Assembly: GCA_041650335.1 (NCBI GenBank)
Contig: JBAZLK010000001.1
Location: forward strand, 36,940 to 100,939
Reading direction: 5' to 3'
Source: Patescibacteria group bacterium
GTDB lineage: Bacteria; Patescibacteriota; Patescibacteriia; JAHIZJ01
Length of the DNA stretch: 64,000 nt
Position numbers and translations under genes: made by a program. Positions 44,960 to 55,422 of this stretch are shown here, one piece after another; position 1 is the first letter of the stretch; every line of letters begins with the position of its first letter. The notes beneath the pieces were generated by a model. It did no database searches. It worked only from the letters and a program-made list of their open reading frames with translations, and had not been told where the DNA came from.

Positions 44960-45006
44960 CTCGGTCTTCCTTCGGGAGATCCCCCGTAGGGGGACCAACT
45001 CTCCGT
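44960..45006 (-). pseudogene. Duplicated tRNA-Ser(GCT) 5' fragment interrupted by a 30-nt double hairpin
   Basis: The minus strand reads ACGGAGAGTTGG[TCCCCCTACGGGGGA TCTCCCGAAGGAAGA]CCGAG, versus ACGGAGAGTTGGCCGAG at 44676-44660. Confidence 0.75.
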
Positions 45007-45012
45007 ATCATA

Positions 45013-45741
45013 TTACTGTTGTGATCGGGCAAACACGACACCCCAGACTTTTCCGGCGCCGGCCTTACGAAGCGTCTGGGCGCAGGCTTCGAGCGTGGCG
45101 AGCGTCGTAGCCACATCATCAATAAGTATAACGGTTTGACCAGATATGACAACCCCTGGTTTGACCCGGAAGGCGACTGTCAAATTAGCTAAACGTTCAG
45201 CGCGCGCCAGCTGGGCCTGCGGACTGGTGTAATGGGTGCGGCCAAGTATATCAGTTCGTATCGGCCAGTCAAGCGCTTGCCCAAAGGCTCGGGCGATTGT
45301 CTCAGCTTGATTAAAACCGCGCTCATTCTTCCGTTGCCAATGAAGCGGAACCGGGATAACAATCGGTTTTTGGTTGGAGGAGCTGATCAGCGCTTGTTGT
45401 GTTGCTACGCCTGAGGCGAGCTCTTGTCCGATGGACGCGCCTAGCTCTTCAATAAACTGGTATTTTAAGGCATGAACGCACGTTTGGACCAAGGGTTGTT
45501 GATAATCTGCCCGGACAAACAACCCGGCAAGAGCGGTCTGTTTTGAGCAATCGGGACAGGTCAGGTTTGTCGATTGCGGTCGGTGACAGAAGGGGCACTC
45601 AGGCTGAGGGATTGGGCTGATATGCTTCCGGCAGTCATCGCAGAGCCAGCGGTCATACCGGCCGCAGCCGCCGACGCAGCGGATCGGGAAAACACAGTCG
45701 AGAACAAATTGCCGGACACGTTGAAGTATTTTTTCGTACAT
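45013..45741 (-). CDS. comF: ComF family competence protein
   Basis: Double Zn ribbon, PVPLH...RGFNQA and PRTase loop LIDDVATT. Confidence 0.9.
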   Translation of the reverse strand: MYEKILQRVRQFVLDCVFPIRCVGGCGRYDRWLCDDCRKHISPIPQPECPFCHRPQSTNLTCPDCSKQTALAGLFVRADYQQPLVQTCVHALKYQFIEELGASIGQELASGVATQQALISSSNQKPIVIPVPLHWQRKNERGFNQAETIARAFGQALDWPIRTDILGRTHYTSPQAQLARAERLANLTVAFRVKPGVVISGQTVILIDDVATTLATLEACAQTLRKAGAGKVWGVVFARSQQ

Positions 45742-45773
45742 AAAAAGGCGCGTGCTCCCAACCGCCTTTTTCG

Positions 45774-48260
45774 CTATGATTTTCGGATGACGATTTTTTG
45801 TTTTTGGACGTCGAGTTTTAAAGCGGCGCCCGATTCGAGCTGGCCGGAAATAATTTCCTCGGCCAATTTTGTTTCGATTTCGTCTTGGATGATTTTTCGT
45901 ACCGCCCGGGCGCCCTCCTCGGGTTTAAAGGCTTTTTTGGCGATGTATTTGATGGCGACTGGCGTTGCCCGAACAGTGAGTTGATGATGACCCAGGCGCT
46001 GTTCCAGAGCGGCCAGCTGAAGCTGGACGATTTGTTCAACAACCGGCTCGGTCAATGGCCGAAAGACAATAATATTGTCGAGCCGATTGATAAATTCTGG
46101 CCGGAAAGATTTCTTTAAATTTTGCAGAATATCCTGTTTGATACTTTCGTACGAATTTTCTGGATCGTCGGTCGGAGCGGCGGATCGGAAACCGACTTTA
46201 GCGGCGCGGTTGAGTTCGGCCACGCCGACGTTCGAGGTCATGATGATGACGGTGTTTTTGAAGTTCACCTTTTTGCCGACTGCATCGGTCAACTGGCCAT
46301 CCTCCAGCACCTGAAGGAGAAGATTAAAGACGTCCGGGTGGGCTTTTTCGATCTCGTCGAATAACACCACGACATACGGCTTGCGTCGGACGATTTCGGT
46401 CAGCTTGCCGCCTTCTTTGTAGCCGACGTAGCCGGGCGGCGCCCCGATTAATTTTGAGGCCTGAAAACTCTCGCCAAACTCGGACATATCGATGCGGAGC
46501 AGGGCTTTTGGGTCCTCGAAAACAACATCGGCAATGACCTTGGCCAGCTCAGTTTTTCCGACCCCGGAGGGTCCGAGAAACATAAACGACCCAATCGGTC
46601 GGTTTGGCTCGGTCAGGCCGGCGCGCGCCCGGCGAAGGCAACGCGCGACCGTCTGGACGGCTTCGGTTTGGCCGATAATGCGTTCGGCCAGATCGTGTTC
46701 GAGGCGGAGAAGCTTATCCTTTTCTTCTTTAAGCAGCTCAGTGACCGGGATTTTTGTCATCCGAGCGACAATTTCGGCGATGTCTTTTTGAGTTATTTCG
46801 CCTTGGAGCTCGGTTTGTTCCTGGCGCTGTTTTTCTTTCAATATGCTGATGCGACGCCGCAGTAATTCCTGCTGGGTTTTGAGGCGCATTGCCCCTTGAA
46901 ACTGTTCGGCCGCCACTGCCTCGTGTTTTTTCTTTTCCGAGTCCTTGATCTGCTTGGAGAGATGGAGTATTTCTTTTGTCCGTTCGTCCTGTTTTCGGCC
47001 CACCTTGTGCTTCGAAGCCGCCTCGTCGATGAGGTCGATCGCCTTATCAGGAAAAAACTTATCCTGAAGATACCGTTGGCTGAACCGAACCGCCGCACGG
47101 AGCGCGGCATCGGAAATGTTTACCTGGTGGAAGAGCTCGTAGTTTTTCTTAATCCCGCGCAGCACGTCAAGGGTTTCTTCCGGGCTCGGTTCTTCCACGA
47201 GGATCGGCTGGAAGCGGCGCTCGAGCGCCGGGTCAGATTCGATGTGTTTGCGGTATTCGTCGAGCGTGGTCGCGCCGATGCAGCGAATCTCGCCTTTTGC
47301 CAAAGCCGGTTTCAAGATATTGGCGGCATCAAGCGTCCCGGTTGCTCCGCCGGTACCGATGATCGTGTGTAGTTCGTCGATAAAGAGAATAATATTCGGG
47401 TCTTTCTTTATTTCGTCGATGATTTGTTTGAAGCGGGCTTCAAATTCCCCTCGGTAGATTGTCCCGGCAATTACCAGTCCAAGGTCAAGATTCAAAATGC
47501 GTTTATCGAGGAGAATGTCCGGAACTTCGTGATTGAGTATTTTTTTCGCCAAACCCTCGACAATAGCGGTTTTTCCCACGCCCGGATCGCCGATTAAGAC
47601 CGGATTATTCTTCGTCCGGCGTGAGAGGATGTGGATCAGGCGGTCGATTTCATCAATTCGGCCGATCACCGGATCGATTTTTTTCTGGAGGCGCTCAGAG
47701 GTCAGGTCGGTGCAAAAGAAATCAAGGGCGGGTGTAGTCGGACTGCCATCGGGCTGAAGTGCTAATTCACCATTTTTATCGAAAATCTCTGTCAGGTCTG
47801 GAAATTTTGAAGTGCTTTTCAGTACCTGCAACAACTGTTGGTTTAAGTGTTGAAGATTGACCTGGCTGCGCTGCAGCATGGAGTGAATATTCGGTTCTTT
47901 GAGCTGGGTGAGGGCGTAAAGGAGATGTTCCGTGCCAATATATTTATGGTTGTGCTGGCGGGCGGTGGTTGTTGCTTTAACAAGCGCCTCTTTGGCGAGT
48001 GGGGAGAAATCAATCGGCTTCGCCGGCGCTTGACTGGCAGCGGGTTTGATTTTTTCGAGGATAACTGTTTTCGCCACATCCTTTTTCAAGCCGACTTTGT
48101 GGAGAATTTCCGAACCGAGGCTGCCGCGCTGAGAAAGAAGGCTGTATAACAAATGCTCCGGCTGCGTGGCCGGGTGGCCCCACTCCTGAGTCAACTCCGT
48201 GGCTCGTACCAAGGTTCGCTTCAGGTGGGTGGTAAATTTATTGAGCGTGTCGAGATTCAT
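45774..48260 (-). CDS. clpC: ATP-dependent Clp protease ATP-binding subunit ClpC
   Basis: Clp N-repeats, [14 protein letters not shown], short UVR linker, GPSGVGKT and [10 protein letters not shown]. Confidence 0.92.
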   Translation of the reverse strand: MNLDTLNKFTTHLKRTLVRATELTQEWGHPATQPEHLLYSLLSQRGSLGSEILHKVGLKKDVAKTVILEKIKPAASQAPAKPIDFSPLAKEALVKATTTARQHNHKYIGTEHLLYALTQLKEPNIHSMLQRSQVNLQHLNQQLLQVLKSTSKFPDLTEIFDKNGELALQPDGSPTTPALDFFCTDLTSERLQKKIDPVIGRIDEIDRLIHILSRRTKNNPVLIGDPGVGKTAIVEGLAKKILNHEVPDILLDKRILNLDLGLVIAGTIYRGEFEARFKQIIDEIKKDPNIILFIDELHTIIGTGGATGTLDAANILKPALAKGEIRCIGATTLDEYRKHIESDPALERRFQPILVEEPSPEETLDVLRGIKKNYELFHQVNISDAALRAAVRFSQRYLQDKFFPDKAIDLIDEAASKHKVGRKQDERTKEILHLSKQIKDSEKKKHEAVAAEQFQGAMRLKTQQELLRRRISILKEKQRQEQTELQGEITQKDIAEIVARMTKIPVTELLKEEKDKLLRLEHDLAERIIGQTEAVQTVARCLRRARAGLTEPNRPIGSFMFLGPSGVGKTELAKVIADVVFEDPKALLRIDMSEFGESFQASKLIGAPPGYVGYKEGGKLTEIVRRKPYVVVLFDEIEKAHPDVFNLLLQVLEDGQLTDAVGKKVNFKNTVIIMTSNVGVAELNRAAKVGFRSAAPTDDPENSYESIKQDILQNLKKSFRPEFINRLDNIIVFRPLTEPVVEQIVQLQLAALEQRLGHHQLTVRATPVAIKYIAKKAFKPEEGARAVRKIIQDEIETKLAEEIISGQLESGAALKLDVQKQKIVIRKS

Positions 48261-48263
48261 GAC

Positions 48264-49157
48264 TTAGGCCATTGTGCGCAAGGCTTTTATACGTTCTTCG
48301 ATTGGCGGGTGGGTGGAGAAGAGGTTCCGGAAGGATTTGCCGGACCCGCCAAACGGATTGGAGATATAGAGATGGGCGGTAGCAGTGTTGACGCGGCGCA
48401 GCGGCTGCTTGTATTGGCCGATTTTTTCCAGCGCCTTGGCCAGACCCTCGGGATAGCGAGTCAGCAAGGCGCCGGACGCGTCAGCCAAGAATTCCCGACG
48501 ACGGGAAACGGCGAATTGGATCAACCGAGCAAAGAGGGGGGACAGAATAATCAGCACCAGTCCAAAAATCGCAAAGATGTCGTTTCCCTCGCGCCGGCGA
48601 CTGCCGCGAAACAAACTGCCTCGAAAGAAAATATCTGCCAGGAGAGTGATTACGCCAACGGAGACGATGACGATCATCATCAGCCGGATATCGTAGTTTT
48701 TCACGTGCGAGAGCTCGTGCGCGATCACGCCCTCAAGCTCTTCGTTTTCGAGGCTCTGAATGAGGCCGGTAGTAATGGCAATCGAGGCGTGTTTCGGGTC
48801 GCGGCCGGTGGCAAAGGCATTCGGAGCGGGGTCGTCAATCACGTAGACCTTTGGTATCAGCAGGCCGGCGGTGATGCAGAGATTCTCAACCATTCGATAG
48901 ACATAGGGATTTTCCTCTTTGGTGATGGCCCGCGCGCCGGCGGTGGCCAAGGCGATTTTATCGCCCGAAAAGTAACTGACCAAGCTCAGTGATCCGGCGA
49001 TGATTACCGCGAGAGCAATCGCGACGCCCGGGGACTGCGACCATTGGCCAACTGCCCAGCCTAAGCCGAGAACAACCATCACAAATAACAACATGAGTAT
49101 GACGGTGGCTCGTTTATTTGATGAGATTTGGTTATACATAGTCAATGGATGAAGCAA
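48264..49157 (-). CDS. htpX: Zinc metalloprotease HtpX (M48)
   Basis: PNAFATGR, AHELSH, SRRREFLAD and STHPPIEER. The start could be at 49139 (MYNQI). Confidence 0.92.
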   Translation of the reverse strand: MLHPLTMYNQISSNKRATVILMLLFVMVVLGLGWAVGQWSQSPGVAIALAVIIAGSLSLVSYFSGDKIALATAGARAITKEENPYVYRMVENLCITAGLLIPKVYVIDDPAPNAFATGRDPKHASIAITTGLIQSLENEELEGVIAHELSHVKNYDIRLMMIVIVSVGVITLLADIFFRGSLFRGSRRREGNDIFAIFGLVLIILSPLFARLIQFAVSRRREFLADASGALLTRYPEGLAKALEKIGQYKQPLRRVNTATAHLYISNPFGGSGKSFRNLFSTHPPIEERIKALRTMA

Positions 49158-49209
49158 ACGGCTGAAGATCAGCCGTCCACTTGCGAATTATATTGTCTGA
49201 GAGGACCGT

Positions 49210-49767
49210 TTAGAACTTCACTTGCGGGGCTTTGCGTTCAGCTTCACCTTCCAGTTCGAAGAATTCCCGTTTCTTGAAGCCCAGCATGCCGGCGATTAAA
49301 GTGTTCGGGAAGGTTTGGAGCATGATGTTGAAATCCCGGACGTTGCCGTTGTAGAAGCGGCGGGCAGCCTGGATCTTATTTTCCGTGTCAGACAGCTCGT
49401 CCTGGAGTTTGGCGAAGTTATTCGAGGCCTTTAAGTCTGGGTAATTCTCAGCTACGGCAAAGAGAGATTTCAGGGTGCTCGAGAGAGCATTCTCAGCTTT
49501 GGCTTTATCAGCCGGCGATTTGGCGCCCATGGCCGTGGCGCGGGCCGCAGTCACATTTTCGAACACCTCACGTTCATGCGTCGCATACCCTTTGACGGTC
49601 TCGATCAAGTTTGGGATCAAATCATAGCGCCGTTTTAATTGGACGTCGATATCCGACCAGGCTTCGTCGGTCTGGTTCTTGCGTCGGATCAAGCCATTGT
49701 AGACGGCAATGAACCAGAATACGATGATGACGATAACGCCGAGGATAATCCAGGTAATAGTTGACAT
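49210..49767 (-). CDS. lemA: LemA family protein
   Basis: N-terminal TM, AWSDIDVQLKRRYDLIPNL and AENYPDLKA. Confidence 0.95.
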   Translation of the reverse strand: MSTITWIILGVIVIIVFWFIAVYNGLIRRKNQTDEAWSDIDVQLKRRYDLIPNLIETVKGYATHEREVFENVTAARATAMGAKSPADKAKAENALSSTLKSLFAVAENYPDLKASNNFAKLQDELSDTENKIQAARRFYNGNVRDFNIMLQTFPNTLIAGMLGFKKREFFELEGEAERKAPQVKF

Positions 49768-49926
49768 ACGTTTTTTTCCTTTGTACTCTTACATTGACAC
49801 TAAAGTAGAAATATGTTAAAATTTCAAGTAGGTTGGCTGAATTTCATTTTGATTATATAATTTAGCTAACCAGGTGTCAAAAGAAACACACCAACCGGGT
49901 AATTACCCAATAAATTACATACTACA

Positions 49927-52900
49927 ATGAACATGGTAGGGAAACTCATAAGGAATCTTTTGCAAAAAAAGATTTTTTATTTTGGCATTGTGGCAATAAT
50001 TCTGGGGCTCTCATTTTGCCATCACGCCTTTATCCACTCCACCCACGCCGCGCCGGCTTGTAGCTCCTATCAAGTCTGCTCGAGTCCGCAGTGGAATGAA
50101 GGCCCTCATATCTTTTATAGCGTCACCCCGGAGAGCTTAATCATGGGTAATCACGTGGTAGAGCTGCGGGTTGACAACTGTAACTTTCATGAACCGTCTG
50201 ACCCACCTGATAGTGGCTTTAACCGGTATGTTTTGCGAAGGGACGGAGGCACTTCTGAAGACGGTAATGATATAGAATCCACGTATGGCTATCAGGCCGG
50301 CCAGTATCTGTATCTCGGTTTTGATCTGACTGGTGTGGGGGCGGGGTATTACAGCCTGATCCACTACTATTCGACAATGACTCACTGTAATCCTGACACT
50401 TGGAGTCCTGGCAAGGATAATTTGGAGTTGCCCGATCCCCCGTATGAGTACCACGATCTCATCAGCGATGATTATGCTCCAAAGAAAACGTACGGAAGAA
50501 AAATATTGGTCTATTCTCCAGCCATCGTCGGCTGGGGATGGTTTGGCGCAGCCACGCCGGGTGATACCAGTTGTCGTGATTCGCGCGGTCAGCCATATCC
50601 CTGCGGTTCGCCTGCCTGGATGAGTTTGAATTGTATGAGCGACACTATCGGCGGGACCAGCCGCAATCGATGCTATGATGCTGTCGAAAACCCAACCGGG
50701 ATTGATTATGGTTTGAGTTTGTTCTATGACATGGATCATTTCCGTATTCGTGGCCAGGCTTGGCTCGGCATCCATAGCGACAACGATTCCAATCCGGCAA
50801 ATAATACCGGAATTGGCTGGACGAATTTTGATCCGACGATCGATCAGGGCAACCCCTATTCTGCGGTGCCGACACTGGCTGGCACGACGGTGGCTCAAGC
50901 CAGCTACAACGAAGATACGGGCGCGGTCTATGGCTGGGCGCGGATACAAACGCTCCAGGAAGAAGGGACGAATACCCGTTGCTCAACAATGGCTCGCGAT
51001 TGGAGCGGCGTGCCGATCAGTTTGCTGGGCAGTCTCAATGGTCTCTCTGGCCATCTCGTTGAAGCGCCAGACCACACTCTTCATGCGACCTGGGTCGGTC
51101 CAGGCCCCGACCAGTCGGTCTATTATGATTATCAAACCGCCGGCTTATGGCTGACAAACCCGGTTAATCTGTCAAATATCGCTGGCGGGGAAATTGGCAA
51201 CTCTGTTCCAGACATCTCGGTCGAGTCTGATGGTACCGTCTACGTATCATACATACACCAGGGGACGGATATACGCCTGTTTTCATGCAGCTCGAGTTGC
51301 GATGATTCAGCGAATTGGTCCTTTACTGATGCAGTGACAGGTGTCGTCGGCTTAGCGGATCAAGTGCTCGCCACGACAAAAGATATCAGCCGTACGATTT
51401 ACGTCTTCTATCAGGTAAACGGTGACGTGTTCATTATCACCAGTCAAGACGGTAGCGCCTGGACGGTTCCTGAAAATATCTCAGACTCCGGGACGGCGTC
51501 TTGGCCTCGCCTGGCCGTCGATTTTCAGGATAATATCCACGTCGTCTGGCAAGACGGATCAAATATATACTATCGGAAATACACCAACGGCTCTGGCTGG
51601 TCGCCGGATTTATCCTCACCAGGCACGCAGGTAAACGTACTTGGCGCCAGCGCTCATCCCGCCATCGCGGTTGACCCCGAGGCCAATCCTCACATCGCAT
51701 ATGAGACCGCTCCAAACATCGTTTATCGGAAACACACTCCAATTGGCGGCTGGTATTCGGAAATACAGGTAACCAGCGGTACAAACGACACTAATCCGAT
51801 TATCGCCTATGGGAATGATTACCGGGCCCATGTTCTGTATCTCGACAACGCCCACGTTCCCAACAAGAAGATTTTATACTCGGAATCAACCAACGGGAAG
51901 GATTGGTCTACGCCCAACCCAATCTATGATGAAAATACCGTCGATCAATTATCGCCTGACGCAATCGTGACAAAAAATAACTATGTCCAGGCGCTCTTTA
52001 GTCGTCCGGGGGACGTGATCCATCAAACCGTATCCACCGGCGTCTACGGCGACTCCTGTACGGCGCCGAGTCCGACCGATGTGTCGGGAACGGACTGGGG
52101 CTGGGTAAGTCTCCGGGGCGGGTTAGGCATGTGTGGGGCCACGCAATGCGCCACCCCCCAAGATTATGCTGATGTTCTCGAAACGATCGGTCCGGGTTTC
52201 CGGGGTTGTTACGCCTGTGATGAAACGGCGAAGTCCTGCAAGATTTGTGAAATCATCGATCAAGATTATGGCGCTCCTAATATGACAACACCGCCTCGCT
52301 ACGCCTGCAATGTCTGTACCAGCTGTGGAAAATGCGATAATCAGCCGACCATATCTTGCTATGATGATACGCCGTGTAATGGTGGGAGCTGCGTGATTAA
52401 TAGTAAATGCTCACGTACCGGAGTAGCCTGCGATCAAGATAATCCGTGCGAGTGGACCGAGGGCGAAAAAAACGAATGCGTGCCGGCCTGTGCATCTTGC
52501 GATTCCTGTAATATCTGGGGCGTATCGATCGACGGTGATCTTGCGACTGGAGCAAATTTTCACGGCTACGCCTGGTCTGCCGGCGGAACAGTGGATATCA
52601 CCGGTCAGCCGGGTTCATACAATTCTGGCGACACCGATTCTGCCTATAACTTGACGCTGGCCGGCTCGTGCAGTAGCGCGAATGATTGTGTTGCCGGCGG
52701 CTGGGTGATTAACAGTCCAGCCAATCCGAACTTTAATACCGCCAGCCAGCTATGCGGCAAGGATGCAGACTTTGGTCTGGGAGGTGGAACACTTAATGGT
52801 TGGGGGGCTTGCCAGGTCCGTGGTCCCGGGGCGTCAACGAAATATTTCACCAAAGACCTTCCGGCTTCTATCACCCAGGCTGGTAACTATTTTCTATCAC

Positions 52901-54168
52901 TTAAGGCGGTCTATGACACCTCGGTGAATGAAAATGTTGTTGTTGAAATTCTCGATAATGCGACTGACGGAAATGTTATTAATACATTAACCTCGGCCGA
53001 TCTGAATAACGCCGGAAAAGCTGTTAAAACCTGCACATTCTCCAACGAGGTCTATCTCGAGCCGGGCAACCTATTGCGCTTTACGTCGGTAAACGATGTT
53101 GATATCGAAATTGACTCGTTCCAGATTACGAGTCTGCCGGTCAGCAACGTGAACTGCGAGCTGAATAATGAGTTAACCGAGGTCTATGTCGATGAGGTCG
53201 GATTCGGCTTCATGGATTATAGCAATGTGTCCACGCTCGACCCGTGGATTCAGACGCAATACGGCAATATTTATTCAGGCGGGGCAGTTGGTCCGGGCGG
53301 CGGAGCGCCAGCCGGAGCCATGAACTCGACCTATATCATTGGCACGGCCGAAGGCGCAGGAATTGATAGTAGCTGGATTGCTCCGATCATTCGGGAAGGG
53401 ACGGAAACGACGTTCGGATTACCGTCGCCCGAACATAATTATCGAAATCCGCTCGGAAAAATACCATATGCAGAGCTGAGTAAGTCAGCCGGCAGTAATC
53501 CCTACAGCGATCGTGTAATCGAGTTTAACAAAGACACGTTGCCGGATTGCCAACCGAATGGATCAATCTACTGGAGCGAAGTAAAAAACACTGTCATACC
53601 GCCGAATGGAAAAGGCCCATTGCGGAAAGGAATCTATCATTTTGGGCGGAGTAATGAAGCCTGCAACCTCGTCATTGATCAGGAAATGGAACTTGAAAAC
53701 GGTAACAATGAAAACGGTTCTGGAACCTTCTTGATTGAGGGCGACCTGGTTGTTGACGCTAACATCTCGGTGAAAGAAACTGGCAACCAGATAGATGTCA
53801 TTAGTGAGCTCGCTTCGGCTGGGTTCATCGTAAAGGGGAACGTAAAAATAAAGGGCTCAGTCACTGAGATAGTCGGCGCCTATGCTGTCATCGGCTGCGA
53901 TGATGCCGGCGGGAACTGCCAGGGCGATCCATTAAGCCATGTTGGCTTGTTCGATACGGCGTATGACACCGATGCGTCAACCGATCAATTCAAGCTGTAT
54001 GGCGTGGTTATTGCCTATCGCTATGACTTCGGACGCAAGTATTCTGGCCTGGAAGGCGCCGAGGTCTTCACAAACAATGGCGTTCTTCAAGCCAATCCTC
54101 CGCCCGGATTTGTGAACATTTCAACAGCCACGAAGATTTCGGCCGAAAGACCATTTACCACTCCCTAA
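49927..54168 (+). CDS. Large Cys-rich exported/surface protein (putative pilus-associated adhesin)
   Basis: N-terminal signal/TM, GWGW/GQAW/GWAR/GYAW repeats, a propeller-like insert, a CxxC-rich block and a C-terminal beta-rich region ending ANPPPGF. It lies upstream of pilM. Confidence 0.7.
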   Translation: MNMVGKLIRNLLQKKIFYFGIVAIILGLSFCHHAFIHSTHAAPACSSYQVCSSPQWNEGPHIFYSVTPESLIMGNHVVELRVDNCNFHEPSDPPDSGFNRYVLRRDGGTSEDGNDIESTYGYQAGQYLYLGFDLTGVGAGYYSLIHYYSTMTHCNPDTWSPGKDNLELPDPPYEYHDLISDDYAPKKTYGRKILVYSPAIVGWGWFGAATPGDTSCRDSRGQPYPCGSPAWMSLNCMSDTIGGTSRNRCYDAVENPTGIDYGLSLFYDMDHFRIRGQAWLGIHSDNDSNPANNTGIGWTNFDPTIDQGNPYSAVPTLAGTTVAQASYNEDTGAVYGWARIQTLQEEGTNTRCSTMARDWSGVPISLLGSLNGLSGHLVEAPDHTLHATWVGPGPDQSVYYDYQTAGLWLTNPVNLSNIAGGEIGNSVPDISVESDGTVYVSYIHQGTDIRLFSCSSSCDDSANWSFTDAVTGVVGLADQVLATTKDISRTIYVFYQVNGDVFIITSQDGSAWTVPENISDSGTASWPRLAVDFQDNIHVVWQDGSNIYYRKYTNGSGWSPDLSSPGTQVNVLGASAHPAIAVDPEANPHIAYETAPNIVYRKHTPIGGWYSEIQVTSGTNDTNPIIAYGNDYRAHVLYLDNAHVPNKKILYSESTNGKDWSTPNPIYDENTVDQLSPDAIVTKNNYVQALFSRPGDVIHQTVSTGVYGDSCTAPSPTDVSGTDWGWVSLRGGLGMCGATQCATPQDYADVLETIGPGFRGCYACDETAKSCKICEIIDQDYGAPNMTTPPRYACNVCTSCGKCDNQPTISCYDDTPCNGGSCVINSKCSRTGVACDQDNPCEWTEGEKNECVPACASCDSCNIWGVSIDGDLATGANFHGYAWSAGGTVDITGQPGSYNSGDTDSAYNLTLAGSCSSANDCVAGGWVINSPANPNFNTASQLCGKDADFGLGGGTLNGWGACQVRGPGASTKYFTKDLPASITQAGNYFLSLKAVYDTSVNENVVVEILDNATDGNVINTLTSADLNNAGKAVKTCTFSNEVYLEPGNLLRFTSVNDVDIEIDSFQITSLPVSNVNCELNNELTEVYVDEVGFGFMDYSNVSTLDPWIQTQYGNIYSGGAVGPGGGAPAGAMNSTYIIGTAEGAGIDSSWIAPIIREGTETTFGLPSPEHNYRNPLGKIPYAELSKSAGSNPYSDRVIEFNKDTLPDCQPNGSIYWSEVKNTVIPPNGKGPLRKGIYHFGRSNEACNLVIDQEMELENGNNENGSGTFLIEGDLVVDANISVKETGNQIDVISELASAGFIVKGNVKIKGSVTEIVGAYAVIGCDDAGGNCQGDPLSHVGLFDTAYDTDASTDQFKLYGVVIAYRYDFGRKYSGLEGAEVFTNNGVLQANPPPGFVNISTATKISAERPFTTP

Positions 54169-54186
54169 AATCAAAGCATAATATCG

Positions 54187-54212
54187 AAAAGGGCTGAATA
54201 TCAGCCCTTTTT
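54187..54212 (+). terminator. Rho-independent terminator
   Basis: AAAAGGGCTGA-ATA-TCAGCCCTTTTT. Confidence 0.75.
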
Positions 54213-54221
54213 GTTTAAATC

Positions 54222-54250
54222 TTGAATTTTTTGTAGTTTTGTGCTATACT
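54222..54250 (+). promoter_or_regulatory. Promoter TTGAAT-N17-TATACT (extended -10) for the pil operon
   Basis: Hexamers and TG motif upstream of pilM. Confidence 0.55.
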
Positions 54251-54287
54251 TAAATTGTAGAAAATAAACATCCACCATAATACCAAC

Positions 54288-55412
54288 ATGGGTCTATTTG
54301 CGAAAAGATTGAGTTATATCGGCATTGATATCGGCACTGCCGGTATTAAAATTGTCGAATTATTGAATGATCAGGGCAAACCGCGCCTGGCTACGTACGG
54401 GTACCTCGATGAACCGATTAATGTGGTTCGAAGCGATTCGCCGGATGCGCACGCGAAAGCTGTCCAGGTGATAAAGGAGATATTTAAGCAGGCTAAGGTC
54501 GGCACGAATCGCGTCATTTCCGCCTTGCCCAGCTTTTCCGTCTTTAGCGCGATTATCAGCTTACCGAACATGTCTCGCAAGGAGCTCGTTTCAGCTGTCC
54601 GCTGGGAAGCGAAAAAATTCGTACCCATGCCGATTGAGGAAATGATATTGGATTGGAAAGTGCTCGACGAACAGAAGAATGACGGGGCGGCGCCAAAAGC
54701 CGAGCCGGCGCCAGCGAATAAGAAAACGGGCGAACCGGCGGCCGCGGGAAAGAATTTAAACATATTACTGACCGCCGCACCGCGCAACCTCGTTCAGCGC
54801 TATCTCAATATATTTAAAGAGCTCAATGTCAAGCTCGTCGGTCTTGAGACGGAGGCCTTTGCGCTCGAACGGTCATTGATCGGGCACGATAAATCCGCCG
54901 TCATGATTGTCGATATTGGCGGCCTGAACACGAATGTCTGCGTCATGCGCGACAGCATCCCGCTCTTGAATCGAAGCATCGATGTCGGCGGGGAAACGAT
55001 CACTCGGACAATTGCGAATGGATTAAACGTCGACTTGGAACGTGCGGAACAGTTCAAGCGTGATTTTGGCATGTCGACGGACGAATCCGGCGGACAGCAG
55101 CAGATTCCGAAAACGATCGAATTCGTTATCAGTTCGATTGTCAACGAAATAAAGTACTGTTTTAATCTCTATCACAACCAATCGCTCGGGCCGACCGACG
55201 CGAACAAGGCGATTGAGAAGGTGATTTTAATTGGCGGCTCCGCATTTTTACCGTCGTTGCCAGAATATCTTTCTAAAGTCTTGAATATGCGTGTCTACGT
55301 CGGCGATCCTTGGGCACGGGTCGCCTATCCGGAAGAGCTGAAGCCGGTTTTGGCTGAGCTCGGTCCGAAGTTGGCCGTTGCCATTGGCTTAGCGATGAGA
55401 GAAATATATTAA
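54288..55412 (+). CDS. pilM: Type IV pilus assembly protein PilM
   Basis: IGIDIG...IKIVEL, VDIGG, GGSA and AVAIGLA actin-like motifs. Confidence 0.92.
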   Translation: MGLFAKRLSYIGIDIGTAGIKIVELLNDQGKPRLATYGYLDEPINVVRSDSPDAHAKAVQVIKEIFKQAKVGTNRVISALPSFSVFSAIISLPNMSRKELVSAVRWEAKKFVPMPIEEMILDWKVLDEQKNDGAAPKAEPAPANKKTGEPAAAGKNLNILLTAAPRNLVQRYLNIFKELNVKLVGLETEAFALERSLIGHDKSAVMIVDIGGLNTNVCVMRDSIPLLNRSIDVGGETITRTIANGLNVDLERAEQFKRDFGMSTDESGGQQQIPKTIEFVISSIVNEIKYCFNLYHNQSLGPTDANKAIEKVILIGGSAFLPSLPEYLSKVLNMRVYVGDPWARVAYPEELKPVLAELGPKLAVAIGLAMREIY

Positions 55413-55422
55413 TAAAAAACCT

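Noticed and set aside
44585-45006. Group I intron or split tRNA containing the GIY-YIG ORF
   Set aside because: The downstream tRNA is already complete, and there is no room or sequence for an intron core.
48153-48992. 279-aa plus-strand ORF opposite htpX
   Set aside because: Antisense shadow of a well-supported gene.
52130-52520. Multiheme cytochrome or ferredoxin reading of the CxxC-rich block
   Set aside because: No CxxCH motifs, and the exported context favours disulfides.
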